Shown here piece by piece: positions 36,474-49,174 of a stretch of DNA of 64,000 bases. Position 1 is the first letter of the stretch; every line of letters starts with the position of its first letter. Both the position numbers and the translations under genes were made by a program. A model generated the notes under the pieces. That model saw nothing but the letters and a program-made list of their open reading frames with translations, made no database searches and was not told the origin of the DNA. The DNA is from Tubulanus polymorphus. Lineage: Eukaryota; Animalia; Nemertea. Where the stretch lies: contig NC_134025.1 of assembly GCF_964204645.1 (NCBI RefSeq), forward strand, positions 1,054,001-1,118,000, read 5' to 3'.

Positions 36474-37572
36474 AAGCCTTAAGTTAAAAGACAACTCCAT
36501 AAATGAGTCAGGAACGAGTTACCCAAAAGGTTGGTGATAGCGTGGATGTATAAACTATGAGCTCTTACATCCATGGTCAAAGGTTTATCAGTTGACATAT
36601 AATAGTGATATTCAATGATACATCCATGGCCGGTATTTCTAATGATCCGATGATTATCTTTGAACAATGATAACTTTGAAGATGGCTGAATAGTTCAGAT
36701 ACTAGTTGGAATTGTATCGGACAGTAAGCAGGTTCCAGCGCCTATACAGTTTGACTACAGTTGACAGATTTTAAGTTAATTAAGCGTAAAAGAACCGCGA
36801 AGCTAGGCCCTGATGATCGGGTGTCCGGTAAAAATTGAGGGTTATCAAAGATGTGTTAATTGGTAAAGAAGATGGTGTTTCTGTACACGGAGCCCCGTCC
36901 ATGATTTCTCATGATCTCAGACATTTCACCTCCTATACGTAACTACATATTTATATGTATTTGTTGACCGATATTTGTTGTTGTAAATTTGATAGTTTAA
37001 ATTGTTACATGTAGAAAATCTGTGTTTACCTGTAGCTTTTAACAAAACAGAGTTTTTTATGTGGAAAAAATTTATCGTAAACGTTTGACAAAGGTAAATA
37101 TATAATGTTGATATTCTTCACATCGATTTCATTTTACTGATGTAACACATTAGGCGGTGGCCACGTTTGATGTTGATGTACAAGATTTTGGCCCTTTTCG
37201 ATTGTACCGTTCCAGAAGAGGAATCGTATCTGCTTTATCACGGCAGATATATATCTTCCAGCGAGAAGAATTTTTCGTATTTCGGAAGAGCATGGCGCAA
37301 TCTTTGAAGCGAGAGATTTTTCTAACAAAAGTTATCGCTGCAAAATCATTTGATTGAACAAATTTTACAAAAATACTTTATTTGCTTCTTCTAATTACAC
37401 GAAGAAAAACTTTAATCACACTTTTCACCGGAAGTTTCATATTCAACAAGAAAATCATCATCAAATGTAGAGAAAGAGAATAATCAGTTCCGGCTCCAAA
37501 TCGCTTTATCACCAACAATTAATAAAATACACCAAATCATGAACAACTTCCACAATCAATGAAACGAAATGA

Positions 37573-40500
37573 TCATCTGTTCATGTAAACCTCCGGTGGA
37601 AACCCGTGTGTCCATCTCAAATTCTCATTGGGTTTGATGATTTCTAGTTTTTGACACGATTTATTTGTAATATCGTATTTCGAGCCCCGAAAAAATAGAC
37701 TGACATTAGGACATTGACCTAGATTCAGAGCTAGCAACTCGGGGCAATCTAAATCGACCCTAATCACGTCATTGCATCCGAATAGATTTAAGTATTTCAT
37801 CGGCGGCGCTTGCAAATTTAACTCGGAAAATTCCGAACTTTTTTCCAAGTTTAAGTGGGATATATTGGGACATCCTTTCAGCGCCATTTGGAGGACGTAG
37901 TCGGGAAGACTGCACCGATATAGGACAACAGTTTTAGCAAGAGGGGTACTAACACTTAACATGTTCACTCGACAATCAAATAATCTTAAAAACCCTATAG
38001 AAGAAAACGCCTGTATAACACATGATTCTAGACATATTTGGTCGTCGCTACAAAGATTCAATTCTATAGAATCAACGCTAGAACATTGGATAACTAACGT
38101 TCTTAGATTAGGTATACCGACCAGAGCAACTTTACAAATATGATCGGCAACGACATACATGTGACTGAGAGACGACAAATCGTTCTCGCTTTCGTTATGG
38201 ATAACTCGTAGTGTAGGACTCCGGATCAACAACGTACGACATGAGAAATTATCCAGGATGCTAAACTCCTGGATATTCGGACAGCAGATTTCATCTACGG
38301 ATAAATCTTCGGTTGACAATTGACCGACTTTCAGAGATAGAATCGTCGGATTGTTTATCAAAGTTTCTCTAAGGCTTCGCATGTCTAAATTATCGCAACA
38401 GAAAAGTTCAAGAACGGCGAGTCGTTCGCTGCGTATGTTAATCGCTCGAAGAACACTTCCACCATCTATAAACACACGGCGCAATCGAGGAGCGAAAACT
38501 TCTAAATGTTCCATCGATTCCATACCGTGATCGATGGTTAAATGTCGCAGATTTCCAGCCGTTATACTGACAAACAACACGCCCCAAATATTAAACAGAT
38601 ATATCTTCTGAAGCGACGCCGAAATCAAGCGAATTCCGTGAAGTCTCTGAAAAGATAATTACTCTGTGTATGATTATATATGCATGGATACCTTGTTTGT
38701 GTAATTCAATTATTATCGGTTTCGATGAAGATCGTTTTAATTTGAATCAAGTCATGTTTATCACATTGAACATGTGTTATACCGATATATTACAATTCTA
38801 TGACGTGTAACTCTACTGCTGTATAGACGTATCGTGTATATATCAGTATCATATACAACACTTGATGACAAATAGGAATTGTCACAACCAGCCCAGGATA
38901 CGATCTATAAGGCCCATCTCTAGCACCCTCCAAAACGAAAGGATACATTGCAACAAGAAGAAATGTATTGTCATTGTTGTTAGTCGCTACCGTACCCGAC
39001 TGGTCACCAATGGTCATCGCACATTCGGCGTGCGAGAGGTCCTGGGTTCGAGGCAGGTTTAGGACAAGCGATCAACCTTGTCTTGAACAAGGTTGATTTT
39101 ATTTTCTCGAATTTTTATTCCACTTTTGCCTAGAAGCCACTTCCGTGGAAAAATTTCCATTTTTTTATGCAAATTGAAAATGTTCTCGGATAACGCAATC
39201 GAGGACTGTGGGGTAGCACCTGCCCCGTTACAAGGGTGACTATAGCAACGCGATTACTACAACAGCTGTTACAATATTGGCGCCATGCTTTCTAGAATTT
39301 ATGAATGACAAAAACTACTGATAGTAATTTCCTATATTAGAGACAATGTTCATTCGGCTCATTGGAAGTTGTCAGCAAATGAGTTTTTGTGCCAGGGTGG
39401 TGACAGATTCCTTCTAGTGAAAATACATTTTACAAATCATTTTAACAATTATTGCTTCCAATAATGCTAAACCCCAGAATACAGCCGTCAATCTATATCG
39501 AACTTCTGGTATTTGCCGACACCACGCGATATTTAATTCAGTTTCGTTTCAAATTGCACAGAACTAGATTGTCTAGATCCGTACCGACTATAGCCAAACT
39601 GGTAGTGATCTTAATATGAAATCAAACGCTAAGAATGGACAAAGAGTCTGAAATGTTTCCTCGAGCTAGTAATTTATTCAACGTTCTGACTTTATCATAA
39701 ATATGGTCATCATCTTCTGGGCCCGGTTTCACGAAAAAGTTAAACTCAAATTTTTGGTGTAATTGCCATTAGTTACTTCATGTTTTCAATGAGGACAACA
39801 ATTCAAACTTAACCGTTTTAGGCTTAAACTTTTTCGTGAAACTGGACCCTGGAATACCGGTATTACTGAAGGGATACTGAAATATTACAGAGGAGAAGCG
39901 CTGATTAAACAGCTCAATGAAACAGTTCGGAATCTTTTTTGGGGTTTCATATATTATCGTCACAACACGAATGGTCATCAAATGATCTGTGCTCTTACCT
40001 CACAATTACTTATGCTCAGTTTTTTTAAACACGGAAGCTTGCTGACAACTTCCCAAAGTTCATCTAACTCAACCGGAACGAAATGTAGACAGAGAACTGT
40101 TAGGAGGTGATTGAAATTCGAATCGGAAATACTATCTACGATCGTCCACCCTTCCTCCATCGCCCTCTCACTTCTCACATCGTTCAAACGAAGTCCCGAA
40201 TTCACTTTGAGTTTGATCTGTTGTAGTTCTGGTAACGATGCCACTAGATTTGTGACTCCCGTTGCTGTTACGCTCCAACACGCGTTTAACGACAATATTT
40301 TCAATTTCTGATAAGATTTCGAGATCAGTTTCAGTTCGGTGTCGGTTATTACGAAGCCGCCGTTTACGTGAATCTGTTCTAAGTGCCGAAGACTCGATAA
40401 ACTTTCTAAAACCGCCGGAGTCCAAAGCACCGGTAACTGGACGCAGCGTAGATTCACTAGTTTCGGAATTAATGCGAACACCGATTCGTAAACCACGGCA

Positions 40501-40781
40501 TTTTCTTTCCAAGTCAGTTTTTGAATGTGGTGTCCATATGTTCGAAATATTGAAACGATCACAGAAAAATGCCACAGTTCATAATTAGCCGGGTCTATAT
40601 GAATTGTGCGCCATAACGTCCCCGTATTTTGTAGGATATTTCTCCATTTTCGACACACGAATGAAAGGCCCGGTAAAGCATCTGATACCGGGTGTAAATA
40701 GGAGAATATTCGGGCACATAGTTCATCCGGTAATTCGCATAGACCGCGGGCTGTTGTTATAGGCGTAAAGCTCCAGTACAT
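37573..40781 (-). CDS. F-box/LRR-repeat protein, 2 exons: 40781-39999, 38646-37573 (start codon uncertain)
   Basis: F-box LPDELCARIFSYL..VCRKWR; cysteine-containing LRRs; phase-0 GT-AG junction CE|RLHG. Confidence 0.85.
38995..39051 (+). pseudogene. tRNA-Pro-derived fragment / SINE head
   Basis: GTGCGAGAGGTCCTGGGTTCGA matches the eukaryotic tRNA-Pro 3' half with B box; no intact acceptor stem. Confidence 0.5.
39720..39848. mobile_element. PIF/Harbinger-like MITE family A (reverse orientation)
   Basis: Closely similar to 1768-1896 in reverse; CTG TSD. Confidence 0.8.
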
Positions 40782-41802
40782 CTCCGGCAAGCTATTCGGT
40801 CCTGACCCGACCTCCTCACGCGCCCGATCCGCATTGATAAATCCTATATTATCATAAATGAGTTTATATCCTATATCCGAAACGATGTGTTCATTGATCT
40901 ACTGCCACACCACGTGACCGATGACGTCAATAAAGCGACGGTTATGAATGAGAAAATGATGAAATCTCACATACTTGAACATCTGTACACATTCGCACTG
41001 CGCCACACAGCAATTATTCCCTTATATGGTTGAAACCGATATTGATAGAATATATCGATATAAACGTGTCTGACCTATTTAAAACAACGAGTTCTAGGAA
41101 AATGTAAAACGATGGAGTGGAATTCCTGGATATTCTTGATAAACTACATTGTGTGACGTTTAATACAGTGTCACATGTACGTAAGGCGTGGACGTAACAA
41201 GTAGAAAACGATGGTATCTGATAAACTAGGTATTAGAAATTTCAGAACTGTTTGAGAATAAACTCAATGTCAAAGTATATATATATATATTATATCGGGA
41301 ATCTGTCTGGATTTTTGTTATATCTACAAATTGAATCTATCGTGAGATTGGACTGATTAAGATTTAAGTGTTCTCCAGTTGAGTTAACTTTTGTTGCGCC
41401 ATCAACAGCTTCATTAGCGGAACTACTCCTTAAAATCCCCCACACCCAACGGGAGTGCGTCTCCATCCCGCGTGTGGCCATAGTGGCACTAACCCACAGG
41501 GGGACTGCTCTTAGAACCCGCGCACCCCATAGAGGACTGCTCCTAGAACCCGCGCACCCCATAGAGGACAGCTCCTACACGCGCGTATACGTTCTGTTCA
41601 CATCATACGTCACGGTGGTCGTCATTCATCTGTGACGTTTCACTTCAGATAGCTAATATGGCGATCTATGACGTCATCGCATGTCTGGCTTTCTATTAAC
41701 CTCAGTTATGGAATTGAAGGACAGAAAAGATTAAAAATAACTTAATGAATTTCTATTATTAATCGGATTTATTCCCCAAAATCTAGAGACATTTTTTTAT
41801 CA

Positions 41803-44800
41803 TCAAGACGACTGTAGTTCGTTGATTTTCTGAAGGATTTTCTCGTAGTTTGCGTCCAGACTCTCGCAGGGTTTCACTATATCAGCTACGAGTTCTCCTT
41901 GTAAATCTGTATGCTTCTTCTATCAAAATATAAAACAATACAACAGCATTAAACAATGTACAATACAACAAATATACCAGACTACAGTTTTAACAGTCAT
42001 GATTTCAGTCCAAAAGTTAGATCTTAATTTTTGAATAGCTTCAGAATCAAAAGAGCTTAGACTAGTCTTGAATTGTTAACATTGGCAATGGAACCAAAAT
42101 GAGCTTAGACTGATCTTATAGTTGTTGGATTGCTTATCGAAGACTCGAGACCGGCATTAAACCTAAGCCCTAACAGAACAACTGGCCCCAGAATCAAGTT
42201 CCACATTTCATTTCTTTAGTCTTTACAGAGTCACAGCTAAACTGACAACTGTAGTACCGCATCCTGAATTATGTGGTTGAGAAAATAAAGCAGTAAAAAG
42301 AAACAGATATTTCATTTGATACAAATCTCATACCTTCATTTTAGTGATGATGTTTTTCATGGAAAGTTTTGAGGAAGAGAGAATTTGAATTTTTTTTGTG
42401 TTCTGTTCAATTCGTTCAGCAACTTTTATATACACTGAATAAATAAAGGATGAAACATTGATGAAAACAAGAAATAATAAAAATATTTCAACAAAAAAAC
42501 GTAGTTCCACAGTGAAAGAGTTAAAATCCACTTTAGTGATTAGTTGAACCGGGTCCAGATCTCTGCAACTCGATCCTGGTTTATATTCATCATTTTTTTT
42601 CTTGTCACTTACTTTTTGTTAACTCGCACGAATTGTACGCAACTTTCTGACATTGTTTGATATCGTCCAACCACTGATCACCTTGAGTCATCGCTCTCTG
42701 GGATTTCTGCAGTAGATGCAGCACCTAAAACAACAAACCTTATTACAATTTCATATCAGTGATTAGAGTAGGATAGAGTTGAAGAGAATTAGAATTCTTA
42801 ATCTACCTTTTCTCGATTTTCAAGAGAAGATTTTTCACCCTCATCACTGAGTTCAGCGTAAAGTCTCCAGATCTCTGAATCGGCTGTAACCTAAATATTA
42901 CACTCAAATCATTAAAACTCAACTCTTTTAACTCGAGCTCCCAAACTCAAATATTATACAGTCAACTTACTTTAGAAGTGATTCTACCGAACAATTCTAG
43001 TAGTTTAGGTTTTAGAAGTCCTGAATTTCGGTTGTTACTATCTGGAATGTCTTCTTTTACTGCACGAACTAAAACTGTCAACACCTTAGAAATAGAAACC
43101 AGAGAAAATAATAATCAATCTTCTTCCTGTAATTAAGGGACTGCAGTAGCTTGTTAGAGTCAACCAGTGGATAAATAGTGCATAGATGACTAATTGTCAG
43201 TTAGGTATCTATGCACTGGTTTATTTGAACAACTCTTGAACAACTGCAGCCCCAGATATGTTGTGATATTGATCTGAATACGTACCTCACAATCAGAATG
43301 TTTACGCTCCAAGTCTAATAGACGATGATAGGCTCGAATACTTTCTTCAAATTCACCAACATCGGTACCAATCTGATATATCGAATAAAACAGAGATATC
43401 AATATAATAATGAAATATATCGACGAGATAGCAGTATATCCGGGATCATACATACCAATAACACATTCTCCCACAGTCGCCAATTATCAAAATTACACTT
43501 CACTGATTCTTTAAATACTTTAAAAGCTTGAGGCCTAAAATAATGATTTTTATTATCACTGCATACATCTACCGGTAGGAATCTATCATATTAGTTAATA
43601 CCCACTTCTCTCCAGCCCTGACTAGACAGGCCCCAAGATTGTTCCATCCTTGATAAGTCTGAAAATATTAAAAAGCTCATTTGCGATCAAATATTCAATA
43701 CACTTCTCAAATCAGGACTCGATCCATGATTCTGTTCCACAGTTAACATTTGCGATCAGTTCAAACATTTCGAATTTACTGATTTAATCTCAGAGTCAAC
43801 TGTAACTCATAACTGCCGAGCTGAGTTCTGTTATTCGATGAAATACTTACATCATTTTCTAAAGCTACAAATCGTCTAAAAGCGTTAGCACCTTTTATAT
43901 ACTCTTCACTCTGCATACATGCACAACCGTAGGAAAACCAGACATCAACATTCTGAATTTGAAAGAGACATAGAATATGACAATTTTCGGACATTCGAGA
44001 TGTTGGGGCTGAGCTATGAAATTCTGTTATTTACCTGTAGCGGGTTCAGATTAAGAGCCAACTCGAAATGTTCCAGACATTCTTTATACTGAAAGAAAAC
44101 AAATCTTTTGATTCACTGTATTTTTTTTGGTGTGGTTTTTTATTATTTTTTAAGGTGGTTTTGTGAAATAAAATGAAACCACTGATCGAAAGACTGCACC
44201 TTATTTTCTCTGAATAAACGATATCCCCACATCTTCTGAGCTCTTGAACATCGATGCTTAGACATTTCCCAAGCTTTCTCATAATATTGACAATCACTGG
44301 TAGCGTCTCCTAAATAGCACCATAATTCGGGGGTTTCTTGTATCGCTAACTGTTCTCGTACTGTCTCTTCAGCCTTCAATCATTCAAACACATGTTTATC
44401 ACTGGATATATTCTAAATTAACCCCAAAATCGCGGTTTAAAACGCTTACCTTTTCTCTACGACCCAAAATTTGATAACATTCAATGACGCTGTCCCATCG
44501 TTGAAGTTTTAGGAAAACATCGAGAGCTGTTTTTACCGATCCTATTTTCAGTAGAATGTGAGCCAATTCAAACTGTAATACATGTGAAATATTACATATA
44601 TATATTACTTACAGTTTTACAAACGACCCACTTGTTATGTCAGCCTGAATTTGACTGCAGGACTTGGATCCGGAGTTGTGAGTGATTTTACCTCAATTTT
44701 CCAGTTTGGTGGAATCTGTGATGTTATTAAGAGATGATTCCTGGCTGTCACGTCACCCGTAGTCGTGAACTGTTTCGCTAAAAGCTTAGAACAAAACGAA

Positions 44801-47106
44801 TAAATAGATAGAATAAAACACAGCGGATATTGACAGTTACCATAGAAATACAAGTGATTGTTACAAACCTCCATTTGTGCGAATTGACGCTCCATTTTCT
44901 TCATGATGTCTTTCTCTAACATACAACGTAGAAATAGCGCATGGCTCATAACATTCCAATTGTTCGGTTGTTCCAGGATGCCCTATTGTTTACAAGAATA
45001 ACACTATTTCATCGATTGAGTGCATCGACTTAGATCAACTCTGTCGCCGTAAACAAACTTACCTCGACATATGCGAGTAACTCTTCCTTAGCCATATCGC
45101 TGTGACCTTGATTTCTTTTGAAAGATAACCTAAACGAGAAACATTCAACGTTTACTCAATGATTTTGATCGTTTTGATGCGATGAATTGAAATAATGAAA
45201 TAACACTTACCCGTAATGAAGTATTAACGCGCTCTCAAAGTCTGTTAATATCGGCATAACAGGAGGATCTTCATCAAATTTCGGTTTATCCAATAGAACT
45301 TCATGATTTAAAGCAACATTCTGTGAATAATGAGTAAAAACTACAGTAAACTTTCATGTTGCAGACAATCATAAACCATGGTTCCTACAGAACCATCAAT
45401 ATGAGATTTGAGGGATTTGAGGGGCTGTAGGAATATAAACTGATGAATCGAAAATTAATTGGTTTCAAACAAACCTGAGGAAGTTCTGAATTGATTCCAG
45501 GTGAATTATCTACATTTATTGAGTCTCCAATTCTCTGAACCGATAAAGTCAATACAGAAATACTGTCTTTTTGAAATTTAGTTCGTTTGCCTTTAATTCC
45601 TGCAAATCAAGAACGAAATCTGAGTATAATAATGATCTCTTTGAGAACCGAGATGGATTTAAAAATACATTCAAATTCGTAATTACCGATGAGACCGATT
45701 TCTAACTGAGCAAGTTGTTGTCCCGATTTCAAATAATCAACCCCCTTCTGGTAATCGTAATAGTAATGAGAGATATGTGAAGCTTCCACATAAAACTTGA
45801 CAAAAACTGACCTAAATACAAAACAATGTCATTAACAGAAACTATAACAGAAGATGAATAGTGAATTGACGGGAAAATTCAATGAAGGGAAAATTCAATG
45901 AAATTTTTCTTACCTGTTTGATTTATCTATCAACGATAGAAAATTCTGTTCAACTGAAATTTACAACAGTAAAATAATTAATAAACCTTAAAGGAATTCA
46001 GGTGAATCTGGGAAGAAAATGAACGTACTTGAAATGATTAAATCAGTGCAGAGTTTTTTAAATGTTGTCGATCTTTCATCCATCATTGTTTGATTGATAT
46101 AAATATACCTCAACAACCACCACTCACAACTCTGCGTGGAAGAACAAAATAACAATTCAATTCTACATTTAACTTCATAACCCAGTTCCACGAGTTGTGA
46201 GTTAAGTTTTGACTCGAATTCACAACTGTGGAACTGAAATCAGCAATCGAGTTTATCAATAATTACTTTACAAGATTTGAACATATGACGACAATCCATT
46301 AATATAGTTTTAGCGAGGAGTAAAGCTGGAACGAACTTAGTCAGCGTATAAATAGCTTCTCCATCAATCCTTAGACCTTCGCATAATTCGTGAGTCAGTT
46401 TATTTCTCTGTAAAATATAAAAACAGTTTTTCCGTGAAAAAAGGTGACAATCTGAAGAAAAAGCGATAAGAAACATTTATCAAATTAATTTTGTATTTGA
46501 TTCACTACGAGAACTTACAGAGGCTTCATTTTCTGGATTTTGTGAAAAGAAGATCGACGACTCTTCCTCGGTCGGGGGTCCGCACCAATTATTCTGAGTC
46601 ACCAGACCTAAAGCAGCGATACTATACACTAATAAACAGAGCTCCCTGAAAAAATACAACACCAAAAAAATTCATGACACATATTTCGAAGGTTTTGTAA
46701 TTGAGGTGATCATGCGATACTGACCTTTCATACAATTGAGATTCTGATGATAGATATTTTGTGACATCTTCAACAATGGTTTTCGTATCGTTACGGAGAC
46801 AGGATGATATCTTTAAAATTCCGGACAAATCAGAATCTCGAATGATCTCTTCATAGTTCCCCGCTTTCAGTAAATTCAATAGTTTTATTAATCGCGCGCT
46901 TTCATGGTATTCTACAATACACAAACAAGGATACCAGTATAAACTCGATTAGATTCATGACACAATCTGTACTATGTAGGAATAAAATATATTGATTTTT
47001 AAGGGTATACACAGTATAATAATTTACCATTGTGAGCAGCTGTAGACTGACTTAGATCACCGTAAACTCCGTCAATCAATCCTACTTCTATCTCTAAATG
47101 TTTCAT
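41803..47106 (-). CDS. TTC27: Tetratricopeptide repeat protein 27 (many exons)
   Basis: TQNNWCGP, WWLLRY, GKRTKFQ, ETPELWCYLGD, WFSYGCA, GWNNLG, WRLWEN motifs in order across exons. Confidence 0.88.
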
Positions 47107-47204
47107 CGTCACAGTTTAATGATCAAGCCACTGTTTCAAGCGAATATATCTACAAATACGGTCAGAAAACACGTAATTATCACGCGTGAATTTTTCTGCT
47201 GGGC

Positions 47205-47216
47205 GCCGCCATATTG
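47205..47216 (+). promoter_or_regulatory. YY1-like motif near the TTC27 5' end
   Basis: GCCGCCATATTG about 100 bp upstream of the TTC27 ATG, in the TTC27/SOS divergent interval. Confidence 0.35.
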
Positions 47217-49174
47217 AACCACAGATTTGCTAATTACGAACGCAAACCGACTTAGTAAATATATATGCTTCCTTTTTCTGTCTTTTTATTCAACGACCAT
47301 GTTGGATAATTTGTTAATTTAATATATTTCTTGTAATCCCTGTATATACGGTCAACCACACCCGATATAATGTCAAACCCGATTGTTTAAGGTGGTGGAG
47401 TAATCCTTGGCATAGGCTAGAAGGGGCCTATGATATTGTCGGAGCACTCCTGACTGGAGGGTTAGTAAATCACGAAATACTGGGTTATCATCTTTAATCT
47501 GTGTCGAATTACACCGGCTTACAACCAAATACTGGATTTGGACTTTGGCCTATGGTGGACAATGAGGTGCATATTTTACACTGGAAGTACGGAAGACCAC
47601 TATGTAACACTGCATCAAAATTTATCTTATGATTGGCCTATGTTTTAAATCTTTTTTTTTTAAATTTAAATAACACTTGAAGTGAACTTGACTGAAATCA
47701 TAGTTTTTCTTTCCGCGATTGACTGATCCATCAATGACGTTCTTTCATCTCGGCTGATTCTACGATTTTAAAACAGAACCACTTCTGCCAACGGTTAAAA
47801 CTTGAATGAAATTCTCTTCGTTGCAAATATATTGAGGTTGATTCGATATTTTTTCTGAGTCATGTTTGTCACAATAAAATGCTTTGAATTGAATGATGTT
47901 ACTGCGCTATGTATGGAGGATTGTGGGTAATATTTAGTAGTCTGGTTTAATGGTTGTTTTTAAAACTGATTCTCGATTTAATCGTCGAAAACTTCACCGT
48001 GAACCCGGAATTCGCTCGAATATCGATAGTACGTATCGAGTTTTACTTATCGGAATCGTTAAACAATAGATTATATAAATACACAGAGAATAGTGACTGC
48101 TTCTAATACGAGTTACAACATAAAACCACCCAGAAAACAACATGGCCGTCCCTTTTCCCTACCCCTCTCTTGAAAACACTTGGCTTCTGATACATCGTAC
48201 CTGACTGGCATTCGTTGAAAGTACGATCTCTAGAAATCTGTGAAATAATCTTATTTTTGAGAGAAATAGAGAACCAGATTTTGTGTGGGACTAACTTGAA
48301 ATCTGAGGAATATTGTTGCTGGAAGTGGAAGGAAGGAGCGAGCGATGATAGCCTGGCACCACACACAGTCAGATTGAGTGAATTTAACTTCTCGATTATT
48401 CATCAGATCAAATAATCAGATGCTTTATACTCGGATTTTACGTATTTCACGAGGACAAGTTCAGCCATCTTGGAACTAGGAATAGTACTGAACGTTAGTG
48501 ACTACGCTCAATCGTGTGGTTTCCTTTCATTTACTAACATCGGACTGTAGTCCGGACTATCTGACATTTGGTTTCGCATATATTCGAAGACAGTCACTCA
48601 AAATAACAACGTAATGTGAAGTTTCCCAGGAAACTGGAGGTTCTATTGATGAGAGATCATTGCTGTGCTGTAGGTCAGGCTTATCATCTATTTATGCGAA
48701 AAATGAGAAAACTTTGCGAAAAATCTTTGTACCGAAAGTGTTAACTTTTAATAGAGTAAATTCCCTCTGATTCTGTTTATGTTTAATTGATTCAAGAATT
48801 TTGATAATTTTTGTGAAACTGAACCGTGAAATTCCTCCAGAAAACTGATGATACTATTTCATTTTAATCCACGATGTTCTTTTACATTATAAAGATGTTT
48901 GTTCTTTGAGTAAAATGTTCAATTCTATTTTTATATTTTAGAGAAGGAGGAAAGTTTGCTAAGCAACACAGAAAGAAGAGAGAGAGAGAAGAGAGAAGTG
49001 AGAGAGGAGGGAACTTCTACTAATGAACTGATAAACATTTGATTTACATGTATTTAAAATGTATGTGAATGATATATGGTTTATAAGTGAATAAGCAGCC
49101 ACAGGCTCAGCCCAGCATTCAGTGAATGAATACAGTATGTAATGTCTCCTCCGGCTGAATGATGCTGATCCAAT

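Noticed and set aside
38995-39051. Functional tRNA-Pro gene
   Set aside because: D arm, anticodon arm and acceptor stem are not intact.
46927-46935. GTATCCTT U12-like donor in TTC27
   Set aside because: It lies in the 3' part of intron 1 just before the acceptor, not at an exon end.
47340-47620. Coding-looking GC-richer stretch between TTC27 and SOS
   Set aside because: Stops in the frames examined and no recognisable motif.
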